NCBI GenBank assembly: GCA_016214565.1
Contig: JACROE010000002.1
Span: 856,007 to 920,006, forward strand
DNA: 64,000 nucleotides
From: Candidatus Kerfeldbacteria bacterium
GTDB taxonomy: Bacteria; Patescibacteriota; Patescibacteriia; UBA10025; JAHIVO01
Reading direction: 5' to 3'
A program made the position numbers and the translations under genes. The notes below the pieces were generated by a model. It had not been told where the DNA came from. It made no database searches and saw only the letters and a list, made by a program, of their open reading frames with translations. Every line of letters begins with the position of its first letter. Within the stretch, counting starts at the first letter, position 1. Below are positions 61,355 through 64,000 of the stretch, piece by piece.

Positions 61355-62203
61355 ATGCTCGATGATTACATTGCCATTGCCACAATCGCTGTTGCGCTTA
61401 TCGTGATTGTGTATATCGTTTCACGAAAGTTTCCCGTAGTGGCCGCAATCAAGACCGAGCAGCTTATTCGTCACCGGCAGGAACGCTTAAAGAAAGGGTT
61501 GATGGAGAATCGCTTAAAAAGAAAATTGCGTCTTCATAAATTGCCCACTGTTTTCCGCGGTAGCGAGGGGAATCCATCAGTTTTTCAACGACTGCATCAG
61601 ACATTGCGCGACATTGAGCAGCGTTATCGATTAAAAATCCATGAAATTGAACCCACTGACGATGCTGATAGTGAGCGAAAAGTGAGTACGCTGATTACGG
61701 AAGCGCTTGCGAAAGAAGAAGCTGGCGAGTACAAGGAAGCTGAGGCTCGGTATATACAGGCAATTAGCATTGATGCAAAGTCTGAGGAAGCGTACGAGGG
61801 TTTAGGAACGCTGTATATGGTGATGAAGGATTATGAGCATGCTGTTGAGATTTATCAATATTTGTTGAAACTCCATGAAGCAGGAGATGCGGCAGTTGCT
61901 GCTAGTACTGATGCCCAATCGGGAAGCACTGCGGTCTCGCTGAATGCAACCGTCGCAGCTTATCACGTTGAGCTTGGAGAAGTATACCAGGCAATGCAAA
62001 AACCAGCTGAAGCGCATCTCCAATTTATTGAAGCGATTAAGCTTGAGCCAAATAGTCCTCGCATTCTTGATTTAGTTATTGAATCGGCTCTGTCACTTAA
62101 GCATAAGGAAACCGCCGAAACATACATCAAGAAGCTAAAAGAAGTAAATCCAGATAATGAAAAGGTTAAGGAATTTCAGAAGGCAGTGAAAGAACTTTCA
62201 TAA
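61355..62203 (+). CDS. Membrane-anchored TPR-repeat protein
   Basis: N-terminal TM followed by 3-4 TPR-like repeats (AEARYIQAISID...AYEGLGTLYMV...). Confidence 0.5.
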   Translation: MLDDYIAIATIAVALIVIVYIVSRKFPVVAAIKTEQLIRHRQERLKKGLMENRLKRKLRLHKLPTVFRGSEGNPSVFQRLHQTLRDIEQRYRLKIHEIEPTDDADSERKVSTLITEALAKEEAGEYKEAEARYIQAISIDAKSEEAYEGLGTLYMVMKDYEHAVEIYQYLLKLHEAGDAAVAASTDAQSGSTAVSLNATVAAYHVELGEVYQAMQKPAEAHLQFIEAIKLEPNSPRILDLVIESALSLKHKETAETYIKKLKEVNPDNEKVKEFQKAVKELS

Positions 62204-62246
62204 GAGTGTTGTGCATTTGGAGCACGGCGTGCCCCAACTCAGACGT

Positions 62247-62322
62247 GCCGTTGTAGCTCAGTTGGTAGAGCAACTCCATGGTAAGGAGTAGGTCGCCGGT
62301 TCAATTCCGGCCAACGGCTCCA
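62247..62322 (+). tRNA. tRNA-Thr (anticodon GGU), CCA encoded
   Basis: Cloverleaf: acceptor GCCGTTG/CAACGGC, D arm GCTC-AGTTGGTA-GAGC, anticodon loop AT-GGT-AA, T arm GCCGG-TTCAATT-CCGGC. Confidence 0.85.
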
Positions 62323-62471
62323 CGCCTTCTCTATTGCCTCGGGTTGCGCGCGACGAATCAAGTTCGCCTCGCTCCACCCTCGGCAATGAGCCGGCTTTTC
62401 CGAAATAATGTGTACATTATTTCGGTGGGGAACAGCAAGAGGTGTTTGTTCGTATCATTTACATCATATCT

Positions 62472-62558
62472 GGGCGGATACCGAAGTGGTCAAACGGGGC
62501 AGACTGTAAATCTGCTGGCCTTGCGCCTTCGTAGGTTCGATCCCTACTCCGCCCACCA
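62472..62558 (+). tRNA. tRNA-Tyr (anticodon GUA), long variable arm, CCA encoded
   Basis: Acceptor GGGCGGA/TCCGCCC, anticodon loop CT-GTA-AA, 14-nt variable arm, T arm GTAGG-TTCGATC-CCTAC. Confidence 0.85.
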
Positions 62559-62572
62559 GCCCCGTACAATGA

Positions 62573-62645
62573 GCCAGCGTAGCTCAGTTGGTAGAGCAGC
62601 TGTTTTGTAAACAGCAGGTCGGGGGTTCGAATCCCTTCGCTGGCT
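62573..62645 (+). tRNA. tRNA-Thr (anticodon UGU), no encoded CCA
   Basis: Acceptor GCCAGCG/CGCTGGC, anticodon stem GCTGT/ACAGC with loop TT-TGT-AA, T loop TTCGAAT. Confidence 0.8.
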
Positions 62646-62705
62646 ATGTCAAAATTGTGCTGAATTTGATACGTCAATTTGAAATAACCATAAGCAATAA
62701 ATACT

Positions 62706-62861
62706 ATGTCACAGGATAATTTAATAAAATTTGAATGCACGGAGTGCCACCGCATTAATTATCATTCACGAAAGAATAAAAAAAACGTGAAGGATCGCAT
62801 TGAACTGAAAAAGTTCTGCAAATGGTGCAAAAAGCACACGATGCACAAAGAAACAAAATAG
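62706..62861 (+). CDS. rpmG: 50S ribosomal protein L33 (not in the ORF track)
   Basis: 51 aa [51 protein letters not shown], with the CxxC...CxxC zinc ribbon and KNKKN...RIELKKFC signature of L33. Confidence 0.85.
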   Translation: MSQDNLIKFECTECHRINYHSRKNKKNVKDRIELKKFCKWCKKHTMHKETK

Positions 62862-62892
62862 GCGGATACGAGCGCGGTTTTGTTTTTTGCCA

Positions 62893-62967
62893 GGGGCTAT
62901 AGTTCAATGGCTAGAATAGCGGTCTCCAAAACCGTTGATCGAGGTTCGAGTCCTCGTGGCCCCGCCA
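62893..62967 (+). tRNA. tRNA-Trp (anticodon CCA), CCA encoded
   Basis: Acceptor GGGGCTA/TGGCCCC, anticodon loop CT-CCA-AA, T arm CGAGG-TTCGAGT-CCTCG. Confidence 0.85.
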
Positions 62968-62988
62968 CAATCATTTTCATTTACTGAC

Positions 62989-63453
62989 ATGAAAACACTA
63001 GTTATATTTGACTCGCAGTTTGGTAATACACAAAAAATCGCAGAGGCGATTAAGCTTGGCTTATCCGGCGACGTTTTGATGAAGCGCGCCTCGGATGTGC
63101 TACCGGAGGATTTTACTTCTTTGGGCATCCTTGTGGTTGGTTCGCCAACACAAGGAGGACGGGCAACGCAAGCTGTCCAGGCATGTATTAACGCGCTTCC
63201 TGCCGGCAGTCTCAAAGATGTGAGGGTAGCCGCATTCGATACCCGGTTTAATGCAGAAAAATACAATATTGGCTATCGTTTAATTTTACGTACGGTCAAA
63301 TACGCAGCGCAAAAGATTGCAAAAGATCTTGAATCAAAAGGCGGGCAACTCATTATTAAACCCGAAGGTTTCTTTGTCTCCGATAAAGAGGGACCGCTCG
63401 CCGATGGGGAGCTCGATCGTGCAAAAGCATGGGGGGCGCAGTTGGTTCAGTAG
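62989..63453 (+). CDS. Flavodoxin-like fold protein
   Basis: N-terminal MKTLVIFDSQFGNTQKIAEAI (FMN-binding loop-like) plus a second G-rich loop VVGSPTQGG. Confidence 0.55.
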   Translation: MKTLVIFDSQFGNTQKIAEAIKLGLSGDVLMKRASDVLPEDFTSLGILVVGSPTQGGRATQAVQACINALPAGSLKDVRVAAFDTRFNAEKYNIGYRLILRTVKYAAQKIAKDLESKGGQLIIKPEGFFVSDKEGPLADGELDRAKAWGAQLVQ

Positions 63454-63509
63454 GCTAGTTGTGGATAACCGACATTGCCTCGTATTTCGAGGTATGGTAG
63501 GGTATAGGC

Positions 63510-63842
63510 ATGTCTATCCACCAGGGAAAGATCAATAAGGAATTACTTAAGGGATCATTGGAGATTCTTTTGCTTTCGGTATTAAAGCAAAAATCTCTTT
63601 ATGGTTATTTAATCGTGAAAGAACTTAAATCACGCAGTGATGAAGTTTTTTCGTTAGGTGAAGGGACGCTGTACCCATTGCTGCATAAACTTGAAATTGA
63701 AGGCCTGCTTGAATCATGGTGGCAAGAAGTCGATGGTCGTCGCCGAAAATACTACAGTCTGACCAACAAAGGAAAAAAAGTATTGGCAGAAAAGGCCGCT
63801 GAGTGGCAGGCATTTGCAGAAGCAGTAAAAAAAGTAATGTAG
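63510..63842 (+). CDS. PadR-family transcriptional regulator
   Basis: Winged-helix signature GYLIVKELKSRSDEVFSLGEGTLYPLLHKLEIEGLLESWW. Confidence 0.8.
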   Translation: MSIHQGKINKELLKGSLEILLLSVLKQKSLYGYLIVKELKSRSDEVFSLGEGTLYPLLHKLEIEGLLESWWQEVDGRRRKYYSLTNKGKKVLAEKAAEWQAFAEAVKKVM

Positions 63843-63845
63843 TAT

Positions 63846-64000
63846 GTCAGTTCGAGATGATATTAAACTAGAATTAGAAAGCCACCTGGCTGACGCGACT
63901 GATGATTTAATCAAGCAAGGTATGACCCCGGATGCCGCCGCGGAAGCAGCGAAACGGAAGTTTGGTAACATCGAAGAGATTGCATCAGAAATGCAGGTTA
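63846..64000 (+). CDS. PadR-associated protein, 5' part only (runs off the window); resembles permease prefix domain proteins
   Basis: The ATG at 63846 is 3 nt after the PadR stop. The amphipathic N-terminus is typical of PadR-adjacent permease-prefix proteins. Confidence 0.3.

Overview
This 64-kb window looks like a chromosomal segment from a small-genome bacterium, probably Candidate Phyla Radiation/Patescibacteria; that taxonomic call is inference from gene content (minimal housekeeping set, type IV pilus, IVS-type four-helix-bundle gene, many small membrane proteins). GC is about 48-50%. The standard genetic code applies: genes end in TGA/TAA/TAG and long ORFs such as dnaE and the RND pump have no in-frame stops. 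Gene order on the + strand: a GT39-like membrane glycosyltransferase; a type IV pilus module (pilB, pilC, three prepilin-type minor pilins, a 596-aa PilX_N-like protein) followed by secreted Cys-rich and membrane proteins; an ATP-grasp / ABC-F / RND-pump trio behind a consensus sigma70 promoter; a UvrD-type helicase-nuclease; a DUF721 protein; pheS - [four-helix-bundle cassette] - pheT; gyrB; an M24 peptidase; secE-nusG-rplK-[inserted membrane gene]-rplA. Next comes a dTMP-synthesis gene set (dCMP deaminase, dNMP-kinase-like, dut ... thyA, folA, tmk). It is interrupted by a roughly 4.7-kb accessory island (33.3-38.1 kb) flanked by copies of a palindromic GTCATTCTGAG...GAATGAC-type repeat family. 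The remainder holds gatB, hpf, a small Zn-ribbon ORF, miaA, thrS, dnaE, a SEDS protein (FtsW/RodA), rplY, two tandem DUF3048 paralogs, prmC-prfA-rpmE on the minus strand, rpsB-tsf, a TPR protein, a tRNA-Thr/Tyr/Thr - rpmG - tRNA-Trp cluster, a flavodoxin-like gene and a PadR regulator. There is no CRISPR array and no rRNA. The most unusual content is the repeat-bounded island, the IVS-like four-helix-bundle cassette splitting pheST, the gene inserted in the L11-L1 operon, and a 470-bp structured non-coding stretch 3' of thrS.
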